This document shows positions 41,346 through 48,363 of a DNA stretch of 57,335 nt, in pieces. Both the position numbers and the translations under genes were made by a program. This DNA is from a virus. Lineage: Duplodnaviria > Caudoviricetes. The stretch's first letter is position 1, and every line of letters begins with the position of its first letter. The notes beneath the pieces were generated by a model, which did not search any database, was not told the origin of the DNA, and worked only from the letters and a program-made list of their open reading frames with translations. Where the stretch lies: IMG/VR virus record IMGVR_UViG_3300037852_000033, positions 1 through 57,335 of that record. The stretch is one strand, 5' to 3'.

Positions 41346-42764
41346 ATGCAGCTTGCTACTATTCATCTTCATAACCCGGAGGCATTCTCTGGCCTTACTG
41401 GTATAGTCGATACGGAAAATTGCGTGGTCCACGGAGTCAGTTTGATCATGATGGGAATTGCCGAGGGCCACCAGTTAGAGGTGGATAAAACGACCATCAA
41501 ACAGATTTACGAACTCGCAAAAGCCAAGGGGCAAATTCCGGTCAACCTAGACCACGGGAGCGGAATTTCGAGTATGAACGGATTTTGTGATGGTTTTCGT
41601 ATTGATGGGTCCAAGCTCCGTGGTGACTGGCACCTTCTGAAAACACACGAGGAAACTGAAACGATGCTGGAGCGCGCGGAGCGCCAGCCGGGGACATTTG
41701 GGCTTTCAGCAGCATTCAAAGGTCCGCCAAAGGGTGTGATGGAAAACGGCAGCGCCAAAGCCCGAGCGGAGGCATTATTGAGCTTCGATGTCGTTGTCAG
41801 GCCAGCCGCCAATGTTGGTCTCTTCTCCGTCAAAGAACCTCACATAGTTGACACCCAAAACTTTTCTAGCCCGGTTAAACTCTTCACCCTCGAAAATCCT
41901 ATGGCTCGTCAAAATACTCAAACCCAGGAAGCGTCCAACGAAGATATCGTGGCCGCACTCAACAACCTCAACGAGCGTTTTGAGGCCCAAACCAAGGAAC
42001 TCAACGAGCTGAAGGGGGCGCTGGATCAGCAAGGTGGCGGAGAGGAAGAGGGTTACGACGTGGATCAGCTTGAAGCCCTATTCAACATGAACCCGGCCCA
42101 GCTCGCCCAGTTCAACCGCGAGAACAACACCAAGATTTCCAGAGCTGAGATCGTCCAGGCCGTGGACCAGCACAATGCCAACGTGCAGGCCCAAATCGAC
42201 GCCCAGGGGCAAGGAGAAGGCGAAGGTGAAGGAGAAGGCGGCGAGGCCGGTGGTGAAGGCGAAGCAGGCAATCAGCATGCCGAGGGCGCTGCCGGGACAC
42301 CAGGACTGGAGACTTCCGCAGCGGGCACACAACTCGCGGCCCTGCGCCAAAAGGTCATCCAGCTTGAAGCCAAGCTCTCCAAGCGCGAGCAGCGCGAGGA
42401 AGAGGAAGCGGCCCGCATTGAGTTCGAGGCCATCCAGAACAACTTCGCCACCCTCCAGGAGAAGAACCAGAAGCTGGTCGAATTCGCGGAGAAGGTCGTA
42501 GCCGAGAACGAGGCCCTCAAGGTCTACCTCTCCACTGGCACCCGTCCGGTCAAAGCCGGGATTGATAACGGCGTCCGTCTCTTTAGCGCCAACGGCGACG
42601 GGGAACTCCACCCCTTCCAGGCCCGCGTCAAGGAGATCGAGAAGGAAAAGAAGTGCTCCAACGCCCAGGCCATCCTCTTCGCCAGCCGGGAGACTGGCGG
42701 CAGCGCCAAGCACGCGGACTGGATTCTCAGCCTGCGGAGCAACGGCCAAGAACTGCACAGCTAA
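41346..42764 (+). CDS. prohead maturation protease fused to scaffold
   Basis: Assemblin-fold motifs VNLDHG (His), FGLSAAF (Ser), SFDVVVRPAANVGLFS; acidic Gly-rich and coiled-coil scaffold C-terminus; upstream of cement and major capsid genes. Confidence 0.82.
   Translation: MQLATIHLHNPEAFSGLTGIVDTENCVVHGVSLIMMGIAEGHQLEVDKTTIKQIYELAKAKGQIPVNLDHGSGISSMNGFCDGFRIDGSKLRGDWHLLKTHEETETMLERAERQPGTFGLSAAFKGPPKGVMENGSAKARAEALLSFDVVVRPAANVGLFSVKEPHIVDTQNFSSPVKLFTLENPMARQNTQTQEASNEDIVAALNNLNERFEAQTKELNELKGALDQQGGGEEEGYDVDQLEALFNMNPAQLAQFNRENNTKISRAEIVQAVDQHNANVQAQIDAQGQGEGEGEGEGGEAGGEGEAGNQHAEGAAGTPGLETSAAGTQLAALRQKVIQLEAKLSKREQREEEEAARIEFEAIQNNFATLQEKNQKLVEFAEKVVAENEALKVYLSTGTRPVKAGIDNGVRLFSANGDGELHPFQARVKEIEKEKKCSNAQAILFASRETGGSAKHADWILSLRSNGQELHS
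41847..41853 (+). promoter_or_regulatory. internal GTTGACA element upstream of a putative nested scaffold start (ATG 41901)
   Basis: GTTGACA cccaaaac T t at the protease/scaffold junction; in-frame MARQNTQ. Confidence 0.5.
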
Positions 42765-42782
42765 TCCTCACCCACACCCACT

Positions 42783-43439
42783 ATGAACCTCGAATCCGTT
42801 GTTGACCGTCCGGTAGCCGTTGATCTCTCGGCTGACGCGAATGAATTTGTCGCCGTAACCCTGCGATCCACCGGCCTGGATATCGCCGGACCACAGGACT
42901 TCGTGTGGGGCACACTCCTGCGCGGAAATGTCGCACCCAGTAACGGCCAGACCATCCCGACTACTTTCAAGCCAGCGGCTACTTTCGTCTTGCGAGGAGG
43001 GGCAGTAGTGACCTTCATCCAACTTGGCAACAACGCCGCTGCCATCGCCATGGGCGACCTCCTGATTCAGGACCCAGTGAACCCCGGAGTCTTCCTTAGC
43101 GCACCGGCAACCACAGTAACCGGCGTAGCCTCCACTGGGGTATTTACCACGGGATCAGCCCATGGACTGGTGGTCGGCGATCCCATCCGCCTGATCAGCT
43201 CCACCGGAGCCACAGCGGGGTTGACCAACGGGGCCACCTACTACGTGGCCAGCGTCCCCAGCACCACCACCTTCACAGTGGCCACCACCCCCAATGGGGC
43301 GGGAATAACCTGGACCACCAACGTCAGCGCCGGTTCCTACGTGGCATTTGCCGAACCAGGACAGCTCAAGATTTTCGCCTGGGATTCATGCCCGTCCGGT
43401 CAGACCGGAGGAAAGATTCGCGCGGTCCTGTTCGGATAA
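42783..43439 (+). CDS. capsid cement/decoration protein with inserted beta domain
   Basis: Position between scaffold and major capsid; AAAIAMGDLL cement-like core; insert AHGLVVGD...YYVASVPSTTTFTV. Confidence 0.65.
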   Translation: MNLESVVDRPVAVDLSADANEFVAVTLRSTGLDIAGPQDFVWGTLLRGNVAPSNGQTIPTTFKPAATFVLRGGAVVTFIQLGNNAAAIAMGDLLIQDPVNPGVFLSAPATTVTGVASTGVFTTGSAHGLVVGDPIRLISSTGATAGLTNGATYYVASVPSTTTFTVATTPNGAGITWTTNVSAGSYVAFAEPGQLKIFAWDSCPSGQTGGKIRAVLFG

Positions 43440-43458
43440 CACTCACCCAAAATAAGCC

Positions 43459-44472
43459 ATGTATAATACCTCCGACTCAATCCCACGGGCAGATATCAGC
43501 ACGGTGCTAATGGAAGCCGTGGGCCAAGAACAGCTCTTCATCGCTCAAGAGCTACTGCCCGTCTATTCCTCAGTCACGGAGGTAGGACGCTATCCTCGCT
43601 TCCGTAAGAAAGCCGCCGAACTGCTGCGCGCTGGCCGCAACCCCAATGGAGATGGAACCTTCCAGTCAAACACCAAGCGTGGCGCAACCGGCACCTACCA
43701 GGAGCTGACCCGCAAGTTCGAGTGGGACAGCTACCAGACCGAGGAATACGGCCTGGAGGAGAGGGTTGATGATGTGGTGGCCCGCCGCATGGAGAACTTC
43801 TTCGACGCCCAGATGGTCACCGGCAAGTTCGTGATGAACGAGCTGATGCTCGATTACGAGATGGAGGTCAGCCTCAAGCTCAACACCACCATCGGCACGG
43901 ACGCCAATGAGGGGCTGGTATCCACCAATGTCGCCACCGCCTGGACCGGAGCAAACCTCGCCACCATGGATGTGCCCGCCGAGATGAATGCGGTCATCGA
44001 GCGCCTCACCCTACTGGGAGAGCTGCCCGAAGAGGCTGTGATGAGCCTTTCGGTCTGGAACCTGATCCGTCGATCCCAGAAGCTGCAAACCTATGTCTAC
44101 GGCTTTCTCAATGTCACCCAGGGCGGCAGCCAGATCACCGAGCAGATGTTCGCCGCCTGCTTCGGCCTCAAGCGCCTGATTGTGGCCAAGAAGTCCGTTG
44201 ATGTTTCCACCAAGGGCACCGCCACCAACCTCATCCCTGTCTGGGGTAACACCAACGTCCTGGTAGGACGCTTCGGAGAGGGCGACTTCATGAACGGAGG
44301 ACTCGGGCGCACCATCGTCTGGGACGCCGATTCACCGGGCGGCCTGTTCACTTCCGAGGAATACCGGGACGAGCGCAGGCGCGGCAGTATGTTGCGCATC
44401 CGCAGCAATCGAGCACTCAAAATGATCAACCCTGTCTGCGGCCAGCTAGTGGCTATCTCTTACGCTCCGTAA
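43459..44472 (+). CDS. major capsid protein (HK97 fold, gpE-like)
   Basis: 337 aa; FIAQELLPV, YQTEEYGLEERVDD, VMSLSVWNLIRRS, FGLKRLIV, GLGRTIVW. Confidence 0.85.
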   Translation: MYNTSDSIPRADISTVLMEAVGQEQLFIAQELLPVYSSVTEVGRYPRFRKKAAELLRAGRNPNGDGTFQSNTKRGATGTYQELTRKFEWDSYQTEEYGLEERVDDVVARRMENFFDAQMVTGKFVMNELMLDYEMEVSLKLNTTIGTDANEGLVSTNVATAWTGANLATMDVPAEMNAVIERLTLLGELPEEAVMSLSVWNLIRRSQKLQTYVYGFLNVTQGGSQITEQMFAACFGLKRLIVAKKSVDVSTKGTATNLIPVWGNTNVLVGRFGEGDFMNGGLGRTIVWDADSPGGLFTSEEYRDERRRGSMLRIRSNRALKMINPVCGQLVAISYAP

Positions 44473-44495
44473 TCAATCTTGGTTGTCTCATCACT

Positions 44496-44525
44496 CAGCC
44501 CCGCTAGGAAAACCTGGCTGGGCTG
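44496..44525 (+). terminator. stem-loop after the major capsid gene
   Basis: CAGCCC..TAGG AAAA CCTG..GGGCTG; no clear U-tract. Confidence 0.4.
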
Positions 44526-44529
44526 CTGT

Positions 44530-44536
44530 GTTGACA
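44530..44536 (+). promoter_or_regulatory. late element GTTGACA, 14 nt before ATG 44551
   Basis: GTTGACA ggggttcc T atggt ATG. Confidence 0.7.
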
Positions 44537-44550
44537 GGGGTTCCTATGGT

Positions 44551-44772
44551 ATGCCTGATGTTATTTCCGGTGATGATTGGAAGTCCAAAAACGTAGGATA
44601 CGGGGCAGAACTATCCAATCGCCTGCGGAAGATTTCCATCTATCCCAGAGCCAGACAGCAGGAGATGATCGACCAGGCATATCTGCGGGGCCAGATGACC
44701 AGGGACGAATGGAGTATCGAGACCAACCTTCTTAGCCAGAAAACGGCGGATGGAACCATGATCCTACAATGA
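44551..44772 (+). CDS. hypothetical protein
   Basis: Start defined by the GTTGACA element; coupled to the next gene. Confidence 0.55.
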   Translation: MPDVISGDDWKSKNVGYGAELSNRLRKISIYPRARQQEMIDQAYLRGQMTRDEWSIETNLLSQKTADGTMILQ

Positions 44773-45140
44773 GCCTCCTTAGCGACAGCTTCATGGGTGG
44801 GTTTAATCAAGGCAACGATGCCTTTGGGGCGGTCTGTCATGAGAGCTTTGTGGTCGAGCAGAAACAATCCGGCAGCCAGAACCCTGGCCTCGCCGGGACC
44901 TACCAGGCCAACCTGATCGACGACCTGGACAGCGGGGAACAAGGAGTCGCTGGCGGCAAGCTGGCCCTCAACAAGGTCAACATCTACTTACCTAAAATTG
45001 TGGTGGACCAGGCCCAGATCGGCCAGGGCTCTCTCTTGGTGGTGCGCGGCCAGCGGGTCAGGATCAAGGAAGTCCACGACCAAGGGGACAATGAATACAT
45101 GCTCGACTGTGACAAAACCGGCGTGTCGGTAAAGCTATGA
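44769..45140 (+). CDS. putative head closure/head-tail adaptor
   Basis: Position and beta-rich C-terminus (LLVVRGQRVRIKEV). Confidence 0.55.
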   Translation: MSLLSDSFMGGFNQGNDAFGAVCHESFVVEQKQSGSQNPGLAGTYQANLIDDLDSGEQGVAGGKLALNKVNIYLPKIVVDQAQIGQGSLLVVRGQRVRIKEVHDQGDNEYMLDCDKTGVSVKL

Positions 45141-45266
45141 ACATCCACACCCTCATCCGGCTGGGAACCAATGGCATTCCACGCAAACATTCCATCCTAG
45201 CTGAAGAGATGGAATGCCACGCCATGAACGTCATTACCAAGGCCGCGATCCGCCTGAAAAAGAAAG

Positions 45267-45728
45267 ATGGAAATCAAGCGCACAGTTGAACTCTATCTAG
45301 CCAGGCGGCTGATGATAGAGGAGTTGATGTTCTACGCCTACCACGGAGGCAGGGACGGTGATGATCGGGCGCTGGCGGGCACGGTAGAGCCACCATTCGG
45401 GGTCGTAGGGATCGCCGAGGCCGATGAGATGGTCACAGGAACCAACCTCTACACCCTCCAGGGAGCGGTGGTGATCGTCAGCCATCTTCAGGACACCAGC
45501 CCGGCAGACCAATCCGCCTGGGTGGAACACGCTAAGACGATTCTCGACCAGGTAAATGCCGACTGCCACACAGCCATCCTAACCCCTAAAGGATTTCAAT
45601 TCATCCTTCATGGTATCGATATAGGACGAAACCGATCCTCGGATTCCGAGGAGGATAAAGCCCACGCCGACACTCTGGGATTTACTGCCGGGGCCACCCT
45701 CCTGCCGGAGTTGACACCCATTAGTTAA
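45267..45728 (+). CDS. putative tail terminator/neck protein
   Basis: Position, size and a PPFGVV motif. Confidence 0.45.
   Translation: MEIKRTVELYLARRLMIEELMFYAYHGGRDGDDRALAGTVEPPFGVVGIAEADEMVTGTNLYTLQGAVVIVSHLQDTSPADQSAWVEHAKTILDQVNADCHTAILTPKGFQFILHGIDIGRNRSSDSEEDKAHADTLGFTAGATLLPELTPIS
45710..45716 (+). promoter_or_regulatory. late element GTTGACA, 18 nt before ATG 45735
   Basis: GTTGACA cccattag T taaacaacc ATG. Confidence 0.65.
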
Positions 45729-45734
45729 ACAACC

Positions 45735-46085
45735 ATGCCAATCACCAAGATTTATATTGGAGCGGTGGACGGAGCTGACCAAAAAACTCCGGCATATTTA
45801 TCAGTGCATGACAATGGGGATGGCACCGTTACCATAGATACCACAGGTGGAGGCGGAGGCAGTGGAGCGGTAACACCTAATTTTATTGCCGCCACAGCGG
45901 GAAGCACAACCGTCATTCCAATTAACGCTATCGGCGCTGGCATCATAATTATCACCGGCACTGGCGCGATCAACGGAGTGGCCTGGCCCACTGGAATACC
46001 GTGGAACGAACCGAACAAGCTGGCATCAACCGTGACGCTCGTGCTGGCTGATCCTGGAACAGCAGTGATTTATTACGGAACATGA
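45735..46085 (+). CDS. virion structural protein, hypothetical
   Basis: Gly/Thr-rich beta protein in the morphogenesis region. Confidence 0.55.
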   Translation: MPITKIYIGAVDGADQKTPAYLSVHDNGDGTVTIDTTGGGGGSGAVTPNFIAATAGSTTVIPINAIGAGIIIITGTGAINGVAWPTGIPWNEPNKLASTVTLVLADPGTAVIYYGT

Positions 46086-46579
46086 TCGGCCCAAACATAC
46101 TTAACTCAGGATCGATGCAGCGATCGGTCTACGACCCTCAAAACCAAGGAAAGATCAGTGGAGTAACAGTGAGCACCCCGTCAGGTGGGACGTTGAACAT
46201 GGATTCTTCCCGAGACCACGGAGGAGGCTCAATTGACGTTTCGGGAGGTGTTGGTGGTGATGGTGGATCAGTTAAAACATCCAACGGTGGTGGAAACATT
46301 GACACTACGGGAACTGGATCGATTCAACTTGGCACCTTTGGCACGCGAACAACATTAACTGGAACCGCAACAGCAGATCGCGCCATCACACTGCCTGATG
46401 CCGCTGGGGTCGTGGCCCTACAATCTTATGTGGATGCTGCTATCGCCGCCATACTCGCCAACCCAACCACCCTGGCATCATTGATGGCTGCTGCTGGTAT
46501 TACTCCAACTGCGGATGGCACGACCACTCCAGTCAACAGCGAAACAACCAAATTGGGTATTGTTACGTCGCTATCATGA
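46082..46579 (+). CDS. fibre-like virion protein
   Basis: GG(S/N)ID repeats and ATADRAITLPDAAG motif. Confidence 0.55.
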   Translation: MIGPNILNSGSMQRSVYDPQNQGKISGVTVSTPSGGTLNMDSSRDHGGGSIDVSGGVGGDGGSVKTSNGGGNIDTTGTGSIQLGTFGTRTTLTGTATADRAITLPDAAGVVALQSYVDAAIAAILANPTTLASLMAAAGITPTADGTTTPVNSETTKLGIVTSLS

Positions 46580-46586
46580 GTTGACA
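46580..46586 (+). promoter_or_regulatory. late element GTTGACA, 14 nt before ATG 46601
   Basis: GTTGACA ccaactga T taagt ATG. Confidence 0.7.
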
Positions 46587-46600
46587 CCAACTGATTAAGT

Positions 46601-46972
46601 ATGCCCGCCGACATTCGAGGACTACAGCTCATCTTTGGTATTACCAGTGCCGATACTCCTACGGGTGTCACTGGGTTTATTTGCCGATCACTGGACCTAA
46701 AAGAAGAACCGGAAGTGTTTGCCATGGCCATGGACGGCCAGGGAGCCGTGGAAGCGATCGCCGCCAGCAATACCAACGTCCGTATCCAGACAGCTACATT
46801 CACTGGTTACATCGACAAGGACAGCTTCAACGCCCAGACTACCGCCGCTAGCGGCATTCTTACTTTCAGGGGATTGAGCTACTTCGTCAAAAGCGTGTCC
46901 GAGCCGGTGAAAAAGGGAGAGTTCACCGAGGTCTCCATGGAGGCCGAACACCTGCCACTTGTGCAGAACTAA
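46601..46972 (+). CDS. putative tail tube protein, copy 1
   Basis: Small beta protein upstream of chaperone and tape measure; paralog of the next gene. Confidence 0.55.
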   Translation: MPADIRGLQLIFGITSADTPTGVTGFICRSLDLKEEPEVFAMAMDGQGAVEAIAASNTNVRIQTATFTGYIDKDSFNAQTTAASGILTFRGLSYFVKSVSEPVKKGEFTEVSMEAEHLPLVQN

Positions 46973-46975
46973 GCC

Positions 46976-47326
46976 ATGCCCAACATCAACACCACTCAGA
47001 CCAGGAACTACAAGTTCGGCGTGGAATCCGCCGACGCCCCGTCACTAGGGATGGCCGTGGTCAATTCAGCCGAGTTGAAATACGAGCCGGAAGTCTACGT
47101 CAAAGCCCAGGACGGCGAGGGACATACCATCAGCCTTGCCCGCACCCCGCCAAAAATCGTGGGCACCTTCGTCGGGTATGTAACCAGCCCCGACTTCAGC
47201 GCCCCCTTCAGTTTCAGTTTTTTGGGAATTACCTTCGTTGTCAAAAGCTCCACCCGCGCCCGCAAGAAGGGCGAGTTCATGGAGGTCACCGTCGAAGCAG
47301 ACGGATACGCCGGTCTGCCAGCATAA
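46976..47326 (+). CDS. putative tail tube protein, copy 2
   Basis: Shares FG..SAD.P, LK.EPEV...A.DG.G, TF.GY and KKGEF.EV..EA with 46601-46972. Confidence 0.55.
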   Translation: MPNINTTQTRNYKFGVESADAPSLGMAVVNSAELKYEPEVYVKAQDGEGHTISLARTPPKIVGTFVGYVTSPDFSAPFSFSFLGITFVVKSSTRARKKGEFMEVTVEADGYAGLPA

Positions 47327-47345
47327 TCATTAACCACTTACTAAC

Positions 47346-47768
47346 ATGGCCGTATTAGCAATCACACCTGACAACGTAATCAGCAGCGTTCCCGGAAGCG
47401 CCAAGAGGGCCATCGCCGGAGTCCCGATCCTGCCAGGACAACTGCTCTACATCGACACCAGTGACAGCTTCAAGGCCAAGCTGACCTCCTCCAATGGCGG
47501 CACCGCCCTGATCCGCACGGTCAATGGGGTAGCTTTAACCGAGGCCGCCGTAGGCCAACCAGTGCTCTACATTGATATTGATCCCCATCTGATCATCGGG
47601 GCATCAGGACTAACCATCGGGGATGCTTACTTTAGCAACGCCACCGCTGGAGCCATCGGACACCTGGCCGACCAGGCCACCGGAGACTACCCATGCTTTG
47701 TGGGTATTGCCAACAGCGCCACCGAGATCAACTTCGTTGCCGTCCCATCCAGTGGGGTGAAACCATAA
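47346..47768 (+). CDS. cement/decoration-like virion protein
   Basis: AGVPILPGQLLYID...GVAL.EAAVGQPV pattern. Confidence 0.5.
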   Translation: MAVLAITPDNVISSVPGSAKRAIAGVPILPGQLLYIDTSDSFKAKLTSSNGGTALIRTVNGVALTEAAVGQPVLYIDIDPHLIIGASGLTIGDAYFSNATAGAIGHLADQATGDYPCFVGIANSATEINFVAVPSSGVKP

Positions 47769-47769
47769 T

Positions 47770-48363
47770 GTGGACATCGACCCCGATTTCGCGGAAGTCT
47801 TCATCGACGAGGATCACCTCATCCTCGGTCGCTGGTTGCGTCCATTCTGCCTTTGGCACCTCTTCCTCCTCCAAACGCTCAAATCACCCTTACTGGGTGG
47901 AGGTGGCTCTCGGGTTGCTCCATTCGATCTACGGACTGCCGTAGGGGCGTGCTGCACCGGATTTCGGGAGAGCATCATCAAACGCCCTTGGATCGGCGCA
48001 GCCAACTTCGCTTGCTACCGGCGTAAGGCATTCCAGCGCGAGGTCGCCAAATTCCTGGATTACATTGACGACCATCTCCACCGACCAGAGTTCAATGTGA
48101 TCAGCACCGCCCACAGTGCGATCCGTGGACAGCCACCCGAAATTTTACGAGTAGCCGCCGAGATAGCCTCCACCTTCCACTGGACCCGCAAGGAAATATT
48201 TGAAATGCCGATTGGAGAAGCCTACTGGTGGGAAGCCATGAGCATCCGCTCCAAATGCGACACCGACTTCATGACGCCAGAGGAACGTGAGTTCCAGCGC
48301 CAACTCAAGGAACATCACCCCGGCCTAGCCGGTAACGGAAGGGGACCCAATGGCTCTCGGTAA
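47770..48363 (+). CDS. putative tail assembly chaperone
   Basis: Directly upstream of the tape measure; WTRKEIFEMPIGEAYWW. Confidence 0.55.
   Translation: MDIDPDFAEVFIDEDHLILGRWLRPFCLWHLFLLQTLKSPLLGGGGSRVAPFDLRTAVGACCTGFRESIIKRPWIGAANFACYRRKAFQREVAKFLDYIDDHLHRPEFNVISTAHSAIRGQPPEILRVAAEIASTFHWTRKEIFEMPIGEAYWWEAMSIRSKCDTDFMTPEEREFQRQLKEHHPGLAGNGRGPNGSR

Noticed and set aside
42218-42270. GAAGGC/GAAGGT-like repeats in the scaffold
   Set aside because: Simply encode a low-complexity (GE)n linker
47770-48363. Programmed frameshift in the tail chaperone
   Set aside because: A single ORF spans to the tape measure and no clear slippery heptamer was identified
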